The position numbers were made by a program, and so were the translations under genes. From positions 1 to 34,396 of the forward strand of contig JAUHVN010000001.1 of assembly GCA_030425055.1 (NCBI GenBank): a DNA stretch of 34,396 nt. Reading direction: 5' to 3'. The stretch's first letter is position 1. Each line of letters begins with the position of its first letter. Source of the DNA: Actinomycetes bacterium (GTDB taxonomy: Bacteria; Actinomycetota; Actinomycetes; Actinomycetales; Microbacteriaceae). A model generated the notes under the pieces. That model saw only the letters and a program-made list of their open reading frames with translations, did not search any database and had not been told where the DNA came from. Shown piece by piece: positions 1-9,151 of this stretch.

Positions 1-81
1 CGTCTTGCGGGCAAGATCGCCGACCGGCTCCAGCGCAGTGGAGATGCGCAGTCTTCAGACGCGAGTGCTGACGAGACATGA
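1..81 (+). CDS. 3' end of an upstream CDS (partial, product unknown), translationally coupled to hsdR
   Basis: Frame 1 is open from base 1 (RLAGKIADRLQRSGDAQSSDASADET) to TGA at 79-81, overlapping the hsdR ATG as ATGA. Confidence 0.6.
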   Translation, partial: RLAGKIADRLQRSGDAQSSDASADET

Positions 82-3000
82 GCGCACTGCCCGAGTCCGC
101 GTGGGAGCAGGATGCCCTCGACACCCTCGCCGAGCCGCTCGGCTGGCGGCCGGCCAGGGGTGAAGACATCGCACCCGGTAGCGGGGAACGCGACACCTGG
201 GACGACCTGCTCATCCGCCCGCGCCTGCTCGAAGCGCTCCGCACCCTCAACCCCGGGGTTCCGGGCGAGTACTTGCAGCAGGCAGCCGCAGAGATCGCGG
301 CACCCAAGTCGCAGGATGCGATCACCGAGAACCATCGCATCCACCAGTACCTCGTGGGCGGGTATCCGCTGAGCTACATCGACTCGGACGGCATCGAGCA
401 GAACCCGCGGCTCCGGCTGCTCGGTGCCGACCCGTCCGACAACGACTGGCTGGCGGTCAATCAGCTGACCCTGCGTCAGGGCGACCTTCACCGCCGTTTC
501 GACATCGTGTTGTTCGTCAACGGGATGCCGCTCGTCATCATCGAGCTCAAGCGAGCGGGTGCGGCATCCACCGGCGTGGCCCCGGCGCACGCGCAGCTGC
601 AGACCTACCTGCGCGAGTTTCCGATGGCGTTCCGCTTCTGCGTGCTTACCCTCGCGAGCGACGGCCTGGAGGCGAAGTACGGCACGCCGTTCACGCCGCT
701 CAACCACTTCGCGCCGTGGAACGTCGACGACGACGGAGCCCCGCTGACGCAGCCGCGCGTCGAGAACGGCCGCTCGGTCGAACCCATCGATGACGCTCTC
801 AGCGGGCTCTTCAACCAGGAGCGCTTCCTGCAGCTCGTGCGCAGCTTCACGGCGTTCGACGAGAACGCCGACGGACTCAGCAAGCGCATCGCGAAGCCCC
901 ACCAGTACTTCGCTGTCACCAAGGCGGTCGGCTCGACGGTGCAGGCGGTCGAGACCAACGGCAAGGCCGGCGTGGTGTGGCACACCCAGGGGTCGGGCAA
1001 GTCGATGGAGATGGAGCTGTATGCGAACCTCGTGTCGCGGCATCCGAAGCTCAAGAACCCGACGGTGATCGTCGTCACCGACCGCACCGAGCTCGACGGT
1101 CAGCTGTTCCAGACCTTCGCCCAGAGCCTGCTGCTCGCCGAGAAGCCCGTGCAGGTGCGCGAGCGTGCGCAGCTGCGCGACGAACTCAGCAACCGGGTGA
1201 CGGGCGGCATCTACTTCACGACGCTGCAGAAGTTCGGGCTGACCGATGCCGAGAAGCTGTCGGGCACGCAGCATCCACTTCTCACCGATCGCCGCAACGT
1301 GATCGTCGTGGTCGACGAGGCGCACCGCAGCCACTATGACGACCTCGACGGCTACGCGCGACACCTGCGCGATGCGCTGCCGTACGCGACGCTCATCGCG
1401 TTCACCGGCACCCCGATCTCGTTCGCCGAGCGCGACACTCGCGCAGTGTTCGGGGACTACATCGACATCTACGACCTCACCCGCGCCGTCGACGACGGCG
1501 CCACGGTGCCCGTCTACTTCGAGCCGCGGCTCATCAAGGTCTCGTTCGCCGAAGGCGCCACCGAAGAAGACATCGACCGGGCCGCGGACGAGTACACGCT
1601 CGGACTCGACGACACCGAACGAGCGCGGATGGAGGCATCGGTCGCCGTCGTCAACGCCGTCTACGGAGCCCCGGAGCGTATCGAGACCCTCGCCGCCGAC
1701 CTGGTGCAGCACTGGGAAGAGCGGCGCGAGCGGATGAAGCCGTTCCTCGAGTCTCCAGGCAAGGCGCTCATCGTGGGGGGCACCCGCGAGATCTGCGCGC
1801 GTCTCTACACCGCGATCGTCGAGCTGCGGCCGGACTGGCATTCAGATGCCCTGGACTCGGGCCGGATCAAGGTCGTGTACTCGGGCTCGGCGTCGGACCA
1901 GCCTCCGGTGAGCGACCACGTGCGACGGGATTCCGAGAACAAGGCCATAAAGGCGCGCCTGAAGGATGCCGGCGACGAGCTCGAGCTGGTGATCGTCAAA
2001 GACATGATGCTCACCGGGTTCGACGCGCCGCCGCTGCACACCCTCTACCTCGACCGACCGCTCAAGGGCGCGCTGCTGATGCAGACGCTCGCGCGCGTGA
2101 ACCGCACGTTCGAGGGCAAGGAGGACGGCCTGCTCGTCGCGTACGCACCCCTCGCCGACAACCTCGCGAAGGCTCTGTCTGAGTACACCGTCTCCGACCA
2201 GGAGAACAGGCCCATCGGCCGTGACGTCGACGAAGCCGTGTCGATCGCCACCGAGCTGGTCGGGCAGATCCGCGAGATGCTGACCGACTGCGACTGGCGG
2301 TCGATCGCGAAGCAGGGCGGATCGCGGGCCTGGCGGACCGCCGCGACGACGGCGACGAACTATCTGCGGGATCCCGCGAATCCGCTCAACGCCGCCGAGC
2401 TGGGCCCCGACCGTCTATCGTCGCGCTATCGCATCGCGACGGGACAGCTCGCCCGCGCGTGGGCGCTCGCGTCTGGTCGCACCGGCCTCGCCGAGCTTCA
2501 CGACGAGATCGCCTTCTATGAAGAGGTGCGCGTCTGGATGGCGAAGTTCGATGCGGCCGATCGCCAGTCGCGCGACGAGCCCATCCCCGAAGAGATCTCG
2601 CGGCTCCTCAGCACGCTGGTCGCCGACTCGATCGCACCCGGCGATGTGCTCGACATCTACGATGCCGCCGGACTGCCGCGGCTCGCGCTCGACGACCTCG
2701 GTCCCGAGTTCCTGGCCAAGGCACAGGCGGCGCCGAACGCGCACCTCGCGATCGAGGCGCTGCGCAAGTCGCTCACGGATGCCGGCACCGCCGCGACGCG
2801 CGGCAACCTGGTGCGTCAGCGGGCGTTCTCGGAGCGCATTGCCGAGATCATGAACCGCTACACCAACCAGCAGCTCACCTCGGCCGAGGTGATCGCCGAG
2901 CTGGTGGAGCTGGCGAAGGAGGTCGCCGCCGAGGCATCCCGGGGGTCGACCTTCTCACCCCCGCTGTCGAGCGACGAACTCGCGTTCTACGACGCGGTCG

Positions 3001-3260
3001 CCACCAACGAGTCGGCCGTCGATGTTCAGGGCGAGGATGTGCTCGCGCAGATCGCACGAGAACTCGTGGCCGTCATGCGTCGTGATGTGCGCACCGACTG
3101 GACCGTGCGCGACGACGTACGCGCGAAGCTGCGCTCGTCGATCAAGCGGCTACTGGTGAAGTACAAGTACCCACCCGACAAGCAGCCCGAGGCGATCAAG
3201 CTCGTGATGGACCAGATGGAGTCGATGGCACCGCGGTACGCGGACGAGCGGGGAGGGTGA
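78..3260 (+). CDS. hsdR: Type I restriction-modification endonuclease subunit R (HsdR), 1060 aa
   Basis: Nuclease motif RRFDIVLFVNGMPLVIIELK; Walker A HTQGSGKS; DEAH box; FTGTP; MLTGFDAP; QTLARVNR; DUF3387-like C-terminus (DWTVRDDVRAKLR...KYKYPPD). Confidence 0.96.
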   Translation: MSALPESAWEQDALDTLAEPLGWRPARGEDIAPGSGERDTWDDLLIRPRLLEALRTLNPGVPGEYLQQAAAEIAAPKSQDAITENHRIHQYLVGGYPLSYIDSDGIEQNPRLRLLGADPSDNDWLAVNQLTLRQGDLHRRFDIVLFVNGMPLVIIELKRAGAASTGVAPAHAQLQTYLREFPMAFRFCVLTLASDGLEAKYGTPFTPLNHFAPWNVDDDGAPLTQPRVENGRSVEPIDDALSGLFNQERFLQLVRSFTAFDENADGLSKRIAKPHQYFAVTKAVGSTVQAVETNGKAGVVWHTQGSGKSMEMELYANLVSRHPKLKNPTVIVVTDRTELDGQLFQTFAQSLLLAEKPVQVRERAQLRDELSNRVTGGIYFTTLQKFGLTDAEKLSGTQHPLLTDRRNVIVVVDEAHRSHYDDLDGYARHLRDALPYATLIAFTGTPISFAERDTRAVFGDYIDIYDLTRAVDDGATVPVYFEPRLIKVSFAEGATEEDIDRAADEYTLGLDDTERARMEASVAVVNAVYGAPERIETLAADLVQHWEERRERMKPFLESPGKALIVGGTREICARLYTAIVELRPDWHSDALDSGRIKVVYSGSASDQPPVSDHVRRDSENKAIKARLKDAGDELELVIVKDMMLTGFDAPPLHTLYLDRPLKGALLMQTLARVNRTFEGKEDGLLVAYAPLADNLAKALSEYTVSDQENRPIGRDVDEAVSIATELVGQIREMLTDCDWRSIAKQGGSRAWRTAATTATNYLRDPANPLNAAELGPDRLSSRYRIATGQLARAWALASGRTGLAELHDEIAFYEEVRVWMAKFDAADRQSRDEPIPEEISRLLSTLVADSIAPGDVLDIYDAAGLPRLALDDLGPEFLAKAQAAPNAHLAIEALRKSLTDAGTAATRGNLVRQRAFSERIAEIMNRYTNQQLTSAEVIAELVELAKEVAAEASRGSTFSPPLSSDELAFYDAVATNESAVDVQGEDVLAQIARELVAVMRRDVRTDWTVRDDVRAKLRSSIKRLLVKYKYPPDKQPEAIKLVMDQMESMAPRYADERGG

Positions 3261-3319
3261 ACCGCGTCGGCGGGCGGGACTGATGGCGTTCGCGAAGGAC
3301 TCCGGGGTCGGCGAGCATC

Positions 3320-3354
3320 TTGTCATCACTCGCGTTACATGTAACAATCACCGC
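3320..3354 (+). promoter_or_regulatory. Leaderless promoter of the mazEF-type operon with a palindromic operator
   Basis: TTGTCA (3320-3325), 17 bp, AACAAT (3343-3348), 6 nt, ATG 3355; perfect palindrome GTTACATGTAAC (3334-3345) overlaps the spacer and -10. Confidence 0.7.
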
Positions 3355-3561
3355 ATGGCGGTTCGTGATCGGGTGAGCGAGTACCGGCACCGGATGCGTG
3401 CCCGGGGCTTTCGACCCGTGCAGGTCTGGGTTCCCGATGTTCGGACGCCTGCATTCGCGGCCGAGGCCAAGCGTCAGGCGGCGCTGGTTGCGGAGGCGGA
3501 TCGGGCGACCGACGATCAGTCGTTCCTTGAAGAAGTGTCGGCGCCGTGGGATGACGAGTGA
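3355..3561 (+). CDS. MazE-like antitoxin (DUF3018 family), 68 aa
   Basis: RDRVSEYRHRMRARGFRPVQVWVPDVRTPAFAAEAKRQ matches the DUF3018 signature; GTGA overlap with the toxin gene. Start moved from 3283 to the ATG at 3355. Confidence 0.88.
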   Translation: MAVRDRVSEYRHRMRARGFRPVQVWVPDVRTPAFAAEAKRQAALVAEADRATDDQSFLEEVSAPWDDE

Positions 3562-3884
3562 TTCGAGGCGAACTGTGGACAGTCGCCGGAGGCGTCTACG
3601 CGTCCAAGCCGCGCCCTGCGCTGATCGTCCAGGATGACGCATTCGAGGCGACCGACTCCGTCACTGTCCTGCCTTTGACGAGCCACCTGATCGAAGCCCC
3701 ACTGCTCCGCATCCGCATCAGCGCAAGCGAGATGTCGGGACTGGATCGCGACAGCGACGTGATGGTTGACAAGCTCACGACGGTGCGTCGCTCGAGCGTG
3801 GCTACCCGCGTCGGTCGGCTGTCGACGGACCAGCTAGCCGAGGTTGAGCGCGGCGTAATGGCGTTCCTCGGATTCGCTCGCTGA
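3558..3884 (+). CDS. PemK/MazF family toxin (endoribonuclease), 108 aa
   Basis: RGELWTV...KPRPALIVQ...TVLPLTS...GL..DS.VMVDKLTTV...GRL..L..V; lies directly downstream of the antitoxin. Confidence 0.92.
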   Translation: MIRGELWTVAGGVYASKPRPALIVQDDAFEATDSVTVLPLTSHLIEAPLLRIRISASEMSGLDRDSDVMVDKLTTVRRSSVATRVGRLSTDQLAEVERGVMAFLGFAR

Positions 3885-3928
3885 CTCGAAGGCATCGGGA
3901 TTCGCCGCTTCGCGCTGCGCAAGTGATC

Positions 3929-4813
3929 TCAGCGCCAGCTCGTCAGCTTGTCGGGATTGCGCACCAGCCACACATCCCGAACGCGGTCTGCCCGCACACC
4001 CAGCACGATGACCGTGTCGACGACGCCGTCCTCGGTCACGAGGAAGCCCAGGCCGTCGACGGTGGCGATCGGATCGACCCGGGCGTTCGGCCGCTGGGTC
4101 AGCACGCCCAGGATGAACCGCGCGACGTTGGAGGCGCCGACGACCGGGCGGCGGGCCGCGCTGACCTTGCCGCCGCCGTCCGAGGTGAGTGTGACCTCGG
4201 GGTCGAGCACCGCGACGAGAGCGTCGAAGTCCCCGGCACCCGTCGCGGCCGCGAAGGCCGCGGCGACGGCGTCGTGACGTTCACGGGGAGCATCGTCCTG
4301 GGTGCGCGAGCGCACCTTGCGCCGGGCGGATGACGCCAACTGCCGCGTCGCATCCACCGACCGGCCGACCGTCTCGGCGATCTGCGCGAACGGCATCTCG
4401 AACACATCGTGCAGGACGAACGCGACGCGCTCGGCGGGAGTCAGGGTGTCGAGCACGACCTGGAGCGCCATGCTCACGGAGTCGTCCATGGTGACCCGGT
4501 CGAGCGGGTCGTCCGAGCGCGCGGGGTCCGCGGCGGCGGGCAGCGGCTCGGGCAGCCAGGGTCCGACATACGTCTCGCGGCGAGCGCGCGCCGAGCCGAG
4601 CATGTCGAGGCAGACGCGTGAGGTCACGCGCATCATCCACGCGCCCGGGTTGTCGATGTCGGCGCGCTGAGCCGCGCTCAGACGCAGCCAGCGCACGAAG
4701 GCCTCCTGCACGGCATCCTCCGCGTCGCTCACGCTGCCGAGCATGCGATAGGCCAGACCGAGCAGTGCCGGCCGTTCCGCGTCGAGCGCCGCCGCGCCGT
4801 CATCGTCGGGCAT
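3929..4813 (-). CDS. sigJ: ECF sigma factor of group ECF41 (SigJ-like) with a C-terminal SnoaL-like extension, 294 aa
   Basis: Sigma region 2 (LAYRMLGSVSDAEDAVQEAF), YVGPWLPEP linker motif, region 4 (LTPAERVAFVLHDVF), DGGGK and terminal RNPDKL motifs typical of ECF41. Confidence 0.92.
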   Translation of the reverse strand: MPDDDGAAALDAERPALLGLAYRMLGSVSDAEDAVQEAFVRWLRLSAAQRADIDNPGAWMMRVTSRVCLDMLGSARARRETYVGPWLPEPLPAAADPARSDDPLDRVTMDDSVSMALQVVLDTLTPAERVAFVLHDVFEMPFAQIAETVGRSVDATRQLASSARRKVRSRTQDDAPRERHDAVAAAFAAATGAGDFDALVAVLDPEVTLTSDGGGKVSAARRPVVGASNVARFILGVLTQRPNARVDPIATVDGLGFLVTEDGVVDTVIVLGVRADRVRDVWLVRNPDKLTSWR

Positions 4814-4854
4814 TCCGCGCCTCCGTTCCGTGAGAGATGTTCCTCTCCTTCCTC

Positions 4855-4907
4855 GACGACGCGCGACCCTCGGATGTGAGCCTCACATTTCAGCGTGCTG
4901 TGTCGTC
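4855..4907. promoter_or_regulatory. Back-to-back pair of ECF41-type promoters
   Basis: Plus strand: CCTCACA (4881-4887), 16 bp, CGTC (4904-4907). Minus strand: GCTCACA (4881-4875), 16 bp, CGTC (4858-4855). The ECF41 consensus is TGTCACA-N16-CGTC. Confidence 0.78.
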
Positions 4908-4958
4908 GTACATTCAGGGCGCCGAACCGGGCGTTCGGATCAGAAGGAGAGGACGGCG

Positions 4959-5720
4959 ATGAAGATCGCGATTGCAGGCGGTACAGGTCTGATGGGGCAG
5001 TTGGTGGCCGATGAGGCCACCTTGCGCGGCCACGAGGTCGTGATCCTGGCGCGCTCGCGGGGCATCGATCTGATGTCGCCGGTCGGACTGGACGACGCGC
5101 TGGCGGGCTCGGCCGCGGTCGTCGACGTCGCGAACACCACGACCATGAAGGCGGATGCCTCAGTCGAGTTCTTCGAGCGCGTCACGGGCGCTCTCCTGAC
5201 GGCCGGGCAGCGCGCCGGGGTCGAACGGCACATCGCGCTGTCGATCGTCGGCGTCGAGCGTGCACCCTTCGGCTACTACGCCGGCAAGCGCGCGCAGGAA
5301 CTCGCCATCGAGGCGGGCGCCATCCCGTGGACGGTGCTGCGGGCGACCCAGTTCCACGAATTCGCCGAGCAGATCTACGCGGTCGGCAAGGTCGGACCCG
5401 TGCACGTCGCGCCCAAGATGCGCACCCAGCCCGTCGCGGCGCGTGAAGTCGCATCCCGCCTTCTCGACCTCGCCGAGTCCCCCGCGCGCGGCGGATACGT
5501 CGAACTCGCCGGACCCCGCGAAGAGTCGCTCGTCGACATGGTCCGCCGCTGGGCACAGGCGACGGGCCGCCGTGGCTGGATTCCCGGCATCCCGCTGCCT
5601 GGGGCCCTCGGCGCGGCGCAGCGCGACGGCACGCTGCTGCCGGGTGCGGGCGCCGAGACCGGCGTGGAGACGTTCGCCGAGTGGCTGGCGCGCACCTCTT
5701 CACGCCACGCGACGGTGTGA
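4959..5720 (+). CDS. NAD(P)H-binding atypical SDR / NmrA-like oxidoreductase, 253 aa
   Basis: MKIAIAGGTGLMG Rossmann motif, YYAGK, LRATQFHEF; RBS AAGGAG upstream of ATG 4959; the usual oxidoreductase/epimerase type of ECF41 neighbour. Confidence 0.88.
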   Translation: MKIAIAGGTGLMGQLVADEATLRGHEVVILARSRGIDLMSPVGLDDALAGSAAVVDVANTTTMKADASVEFFERVTGALLTAGQRAGVERHIALSIVGVERAPFGYYAGKRAQELAIEAGAIPWTVLRATQFHEFAEQIYAVGKVGPVHVAPKMRTQPVAAREVASRLLDLAESPARGGYVELAGPREESLVDMVRRWAQATGRRGWIPGIPLPGALGAAQRDGTLLPGAGAETGVETFAEWLARTSSRHATV

Positions 5721-5748
5721 CGTGGTGACCGCCGTAGGCTGAACCGCG

Positions 5749-7827
5749 ATGAGCGAGACCGCACCGACCCCCGACGATCCCTTCCTCTGGCTCGAAGACA
5801 TCCGCGGGGCCGACGCAGTCGCATGGGCCGCCAAGCGCACGGCCGAGACGGATGCGACCTACGCCTCCGCCGAGCGCAGCGCGCTCGAGGCACGACTGCT
5901 GCGCATCCTCGATGACCCCGACCGGCTGGTCGTGCCGTCGTGCCACGGCGACCTGCTCTACAACCTGTGGCGAGACGCCGACAATCCGCGCGGGCTCTGG
6001 CGGCGCACCCCGCGCGCGTCGTTCCTCTCCGGCGAACCCGACTGGGTGGTGCTGCTCGACATCGACGCGCTCGGCCGCGCCGAGGGCACCGCGTGGACGT
6101 TCGCCGGCGCCGTCCACGGCCCGACGGGAAGCGGCCGTGCCCTCGTGCAGCTCAGCCCCGACGGCGGCGACGCGACGGTGGTCCGCGAGTTCGACCTCGA
6201 CGCCGTCGCCTTCGTCGAGGACGAGCCGTTCGCGCTCGCGGTCGGCAAGCACCGGATCGCCTGGCTCGATCGCGACACCCTGCTCGTCGCATCCGCCCTC
6301 GACGGCGGCGGCACGACCGACTCGGGCTACCCGATCTCGGCTCGCACCTGGCGGCGGAGTACCTCGCTCGACGAGGCGACGACGATCCTCGAGGGTGTGG
6401 CATCCGATGTCGGCGTCTTCGTCCGCGCCGACCACAGCGACGGCCGGTCGACGGGGGTGGTGCACGTCGCGCACGACTTCTTCCACGCCGAGGTCTGGGT
6501 ATGGGATGCCGCACAGCCCGGACAGACGGTCGCGCCGACGTTGGTCCCCGCCCCGCAGGATGCCGACGTCGATGTGCACGGGGATCGAGTCGCCGTGCGC
6601 ACCAAGACGCCGTGGACGGTGGGTGGCACCGAGCACCCGGCCGGTGCACTTCTCGTCGGCCCGCTCGACGCGGTCGCCGCGGGCGAGACGACGGCACTCG
6701 AGGTCGTCTTCGCGCCGACCGAGACGACGATCCTCGAAGGGTGGCGGTGGACCCGCAGCCGCCTGGTGCTGACGCTGCTCGACTCGGTGTGCAGCAGCAT
6801 CCGCTCGCTCGACCCTACCGACGGCTGGGCGAGCACGCCGCTCGACGCCGGCCTCGGCGCCGACGATCTCTACTCGACGAGCGTCGCCTCGACCGATGCC
6901 GACGAAGACGACGCGCTCTTCCTGGTGACCCGCGGCTTCCTGACTCCGCCGACGCTCGTCGCGACGGATGCCGCGTCACCCGCGCCGCGCGCGCTGCGCA
7001 CGAGTCGGGCAGCGTTCGAATCGAACGGCCTGACCGCAAAGCAGCACTTCGCGACGTCGGCGGACGGCACCCGCGTGCCCTACTTCGAGGTGGGGCCGAC
7101 CGAGCGGTCGGGGCCGTTGCCGGTGCTGATGAGCGGATACGGCGGATTCGAGCATGCGCTGACGCCGGAGTATCCGTCGATCGTCGGCCCGGCGTGGCTC
7201 GAGGCCGGCCGCGTCTTCGTCGTTGCGAACATCCGCGGCGGCGGCGAGTTCGGTCCGGCGTGGCATCTCGCCGCCCTGCGCGAGAACCGCCACCGCGCCT
7301 ACGAGGATTTCGCCGCGATCGCCCGCGACCTCGTCGCTCGAGGAGTCACCACGCCCGAGCGCATCGGATGCCACGGCCGCAGCAACGGCGGACTGCTCGT
7401 CGGCAACATGCTGACCCAGTACCCCGACGACTTCGGGGCGATCGTGTGCGGGGTGCCGCTGCTCGACATGCGCCGGTACACGCGGCTGTCGGCGGGAGCG
7501 AGCTGGATCGCCGAGTACGGCGACCCCGACGACCCGGCCGACTGGGAGTTCGTGCGGACGTTCTCGCCGTACCACCTCATCGACCCGCAGCGCCGGTACC
7601 CGCCGTCGCTCATCTACGCCGCCGCGAGCGACGACCGCGTCGGTCCGGTGCAGGCTCGGAAGATGGCCGCACGGCTCTCCGCCGAGACCGACGCCGAGGT
7701 GCACTACCTCGAACCGAACGAGGGCGGTCACGCCGGCACCGTCGACAACGCCGCGACCGCGGGCCTGCACGCGACGATCCATGCCTTCCTCGGCGAGGTG
7801 CTGACCCGGCCCGACCGCGCACGCTGA
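5749..7827 (+). CDS. Prolyl oligopeptidase family serine peptidase (S9A), 692 aa
   Basis: DPFLWLED N-terminus, GYGGF, ANIRGGGEFG, nucleophile motif GRSNGG, DDRV (Asp), GGH (His); -10 TAGGCT at 5735-5740. Confidence 0.95.
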   Translation: MSETAPTPDDPFLWLEDIRGADAVAWAAKRTAETDATYASAERSALEARLLRILDDPDRLVVPSCHGDLLYNLWRDADNPRGLWRRTPRASFLSGEPDWVVLLDIDALGRAEGTAWTFAGAVHGPTGSGRALVQLSPDGGDATVVREFDLDAVAFVEDEPFALAVGKHRIAWLDRDTLLVASALDGGGTTDSGYPISARTWRRSTSLDEATTILEGVASDVGVFVRADHSDGRSTGVVHVAHDFFHAEVWVWDAAQPGQTVAPTLVPAPQDADVDVHGDRVAVRTKTPWTVGGTEHPAGALLVGPLDAVAAGETTALEVVFAPTETTILEGWRWTRSRLVLTLLDSVCSSIRSLDPTDGWASTPLDAGLGADDLYSTSVASTDADEDDALFLVTRGFLTPPTLVATDAASPAPRALRTSRAAFESNGLTAKQHFATSADGTRVPYFEVGPTERSGPLPVLMSGYGGFEHALTPEYPSIVGPAWLEAGRVFVVANIRGGGEFGPAWHLAALRENRHRAYEDFAAIARDLVARGVTTPERIGCHGRSNGGLLVGNMLTQYPDDFGAIVCGVPLLDMRRYTRLSAGASWIAEYGDPDDPADWEFVRTFSPYHLIDPQRRYPPSLIYAAASDDRVGPVQARKMAARLSAETDAEVHYLEPNEGGHAGTVDNAATAGLHATIHAFLGEVLTRPDRAR

Positions 7828-7889
7828 CTAGACTCCCACCGCCCGGAAGCGACAGGGAATAGGAACTGCTCCCCTGCGTTGACCGCAAT

Positions 7890-7905
7890 ACGCAATATAT
7901 TGCGT
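7890..7905. promoter_or_regulatory. Perfect 16-bp palindrome, probable repressor operator
   Basis: ACGCAATATATTGCGT, AT-rich in a GC-rich background, contains the -10-like TATATT, and is preceded by an extra CGCAATA half-site (7884-7890). Confidence 0.65.
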
Positions 7906-7927
7906 TCAACCGTTGAGAGGAGACCCC

Positions 7928-8293
7928 ATGTCCGCCCAGACCGACACCCAGCCCTACGACCGCTCGACCGTCCCCGACGTCATCGCCCGGTATCTCGATC
8001 TCCAGGTCGACGCGAAGCGGCGGGCGGGTATCGCCGACCTGTTCGATCCGACCGGACGGGTCGTCGATGAGAACGTCGAGTACGTCGGCGTCAAGGCGAT
8101 CCGTGGATGGCTGGCCCGAGCCGCGAGCGCCTACACCTACACGACGACTTTCACAGGGCAGATCGACGAGGGTGACGGTCGTTGGACCGTGATGGCACGT
8201 CTCGAGGGGAACTTCCCCGGTGGCGTCGCCGACCTGAAGTACCGCTTCCGCGTCGTCGACGGCGTGATCGTCGACCTCATCATCGCGCCCTGA
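7928..8293 (+). CDS. SnoaL-like / nuclear transport factor 2 family protein, 121 aa
   Basis: VIARYL...LF...GRVVDE...Y.G..AIRGW...LEGNFPGGVADLKYRF...I..L.IAP; RBS GAGGAG before ATG 7928. Confidence 0.85.
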   Translation: MSAQTDTQPYDRSTVPDVIARYLDLQVDAKRRAGIADLFDPTGRVVDENVEYVGVKAIRGWLARAASAYTYTTTFTGQIDEGDGRWTVMARLEGNFPGGVADLKYRFRVVDGVIVDLIIAP

Positions 8294-8326
8294 CGGCACC
8301 GCCCAGACGCGGCGGCTCGGCCGGCG

Positions 8327-9151
8327 TCAGACCAGCTCGGCGGCCTCGACGCCCGGACCGGCGGCCGAGGTGGCCGACGCCGGCGCGGCCGCAGCGGCAG
8401 CCGCCGCCGCGAAGTCGGCGAGCAGCCGTCGCAGCTGCGTCGGCTCGCTGGCCACCTCCTCGGGGTGCCATTGCACGCCGATCGCCCAGCGGGCATCCGG
8501 CAACTCGATGGCCTCGACGACGCCATCCGGCGCGACCGCGCTCACGACGACCCCCTCGCCGAGTCGGTCGATCGCCTGGTGGTGGCCCGAGCGCACGTCG
8601 TGCGCGCCCGCTCCGAGCACGGCTGCGAGCTGCGTATCGGGGTGCACAGCGACGGCGTGCGTCACCATGTCGTCAGTCGGCTCGCGGTGAATGCCGCTGC
8701 CCAGGTCCTGCACGAGCGATCCGCCGAGCGCCACGTTCAGCAGCTGCGTGCCGCGGCAGATCGTGAACAGCGGGATGTCGCGTTCGAGTGCTTCGCGCAT
8801 GAGCGCCGACTCGAAGGCGTCGGCTGCGGCATCCGATGAGTCCATCCACGTGCCGTCGGGGGTCGCTCCGTACATCGCCGGGTCGACGTCTGCACCGCCC
8901 AGCACGATGACACCGGCCGCCTGTGCCACCAGTTCCCGGGCACCGGCATCCGCGGCGGCGGCGTTGACCCACCGTGCCGCCAGGCCGGCGTCGTCGAAGA
9001 AGATCGCGGCGTTCTCGGCGAGCTCGCGCAGCTCTTGCGCGAAGGCGGCGTCGTGGCGCGGGGTCTCGCTCACGTACGACACGACGACGGGGATCACGGC
9101 GTGGTCTGCGCGCTCGACGGCGGCGTCGGATGCCTGAGGTGTGCCGGTCAT
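8327..9151 (-). CDS. Class I glutamine amidotransferase, peptidase C26 / gamma-glutamyl-GABA hydrolase family
   Basis: GGADVDP, ICRG (catalytic Cys), LNVALGGSL, HHQAI, VQWHPE (His-Glu); -10 TATGCT 6 nt before ATG 9151. Confidence 0.9.
   Translation of the reverse strand: MTGTPQASDAAVERADHAVIPVVVSYVSETPRHDAAFAQELRELAENAAIFFDDAGLAARWVNAAAADAGARELVAQAAGVIVLGGADVDPAMYGATPDGTWMDSSDAAADAFESALMREALERDIPLFTICRGTQLLNVALGGSLVQDLGSGIHREPTDDMVTHAVAVHPDTQLAAVLGAGAHDVRSGHHQAIDRLGEGVVVSAVAPDGVVEAIELPDARWAIGVQWHPEEVASEPTQLRRLLADFAAAAAAAAAPASATSAAGPGVEAAELV

Noticed and set aside
78-3260. Linking the GGATGCC motif to this type I RM system
   Set aside because: Type I sites are bipartite with a spacer, and restriction sites tend to be depleted rather than enriched; hsdS is not in view.
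8327-8410. Poly-Ala tail of the amidotransferase as a repeat element
   Set aside because: Mixed GCN codons in a low-complexity C-terminal extension; no discrete repeat unit.
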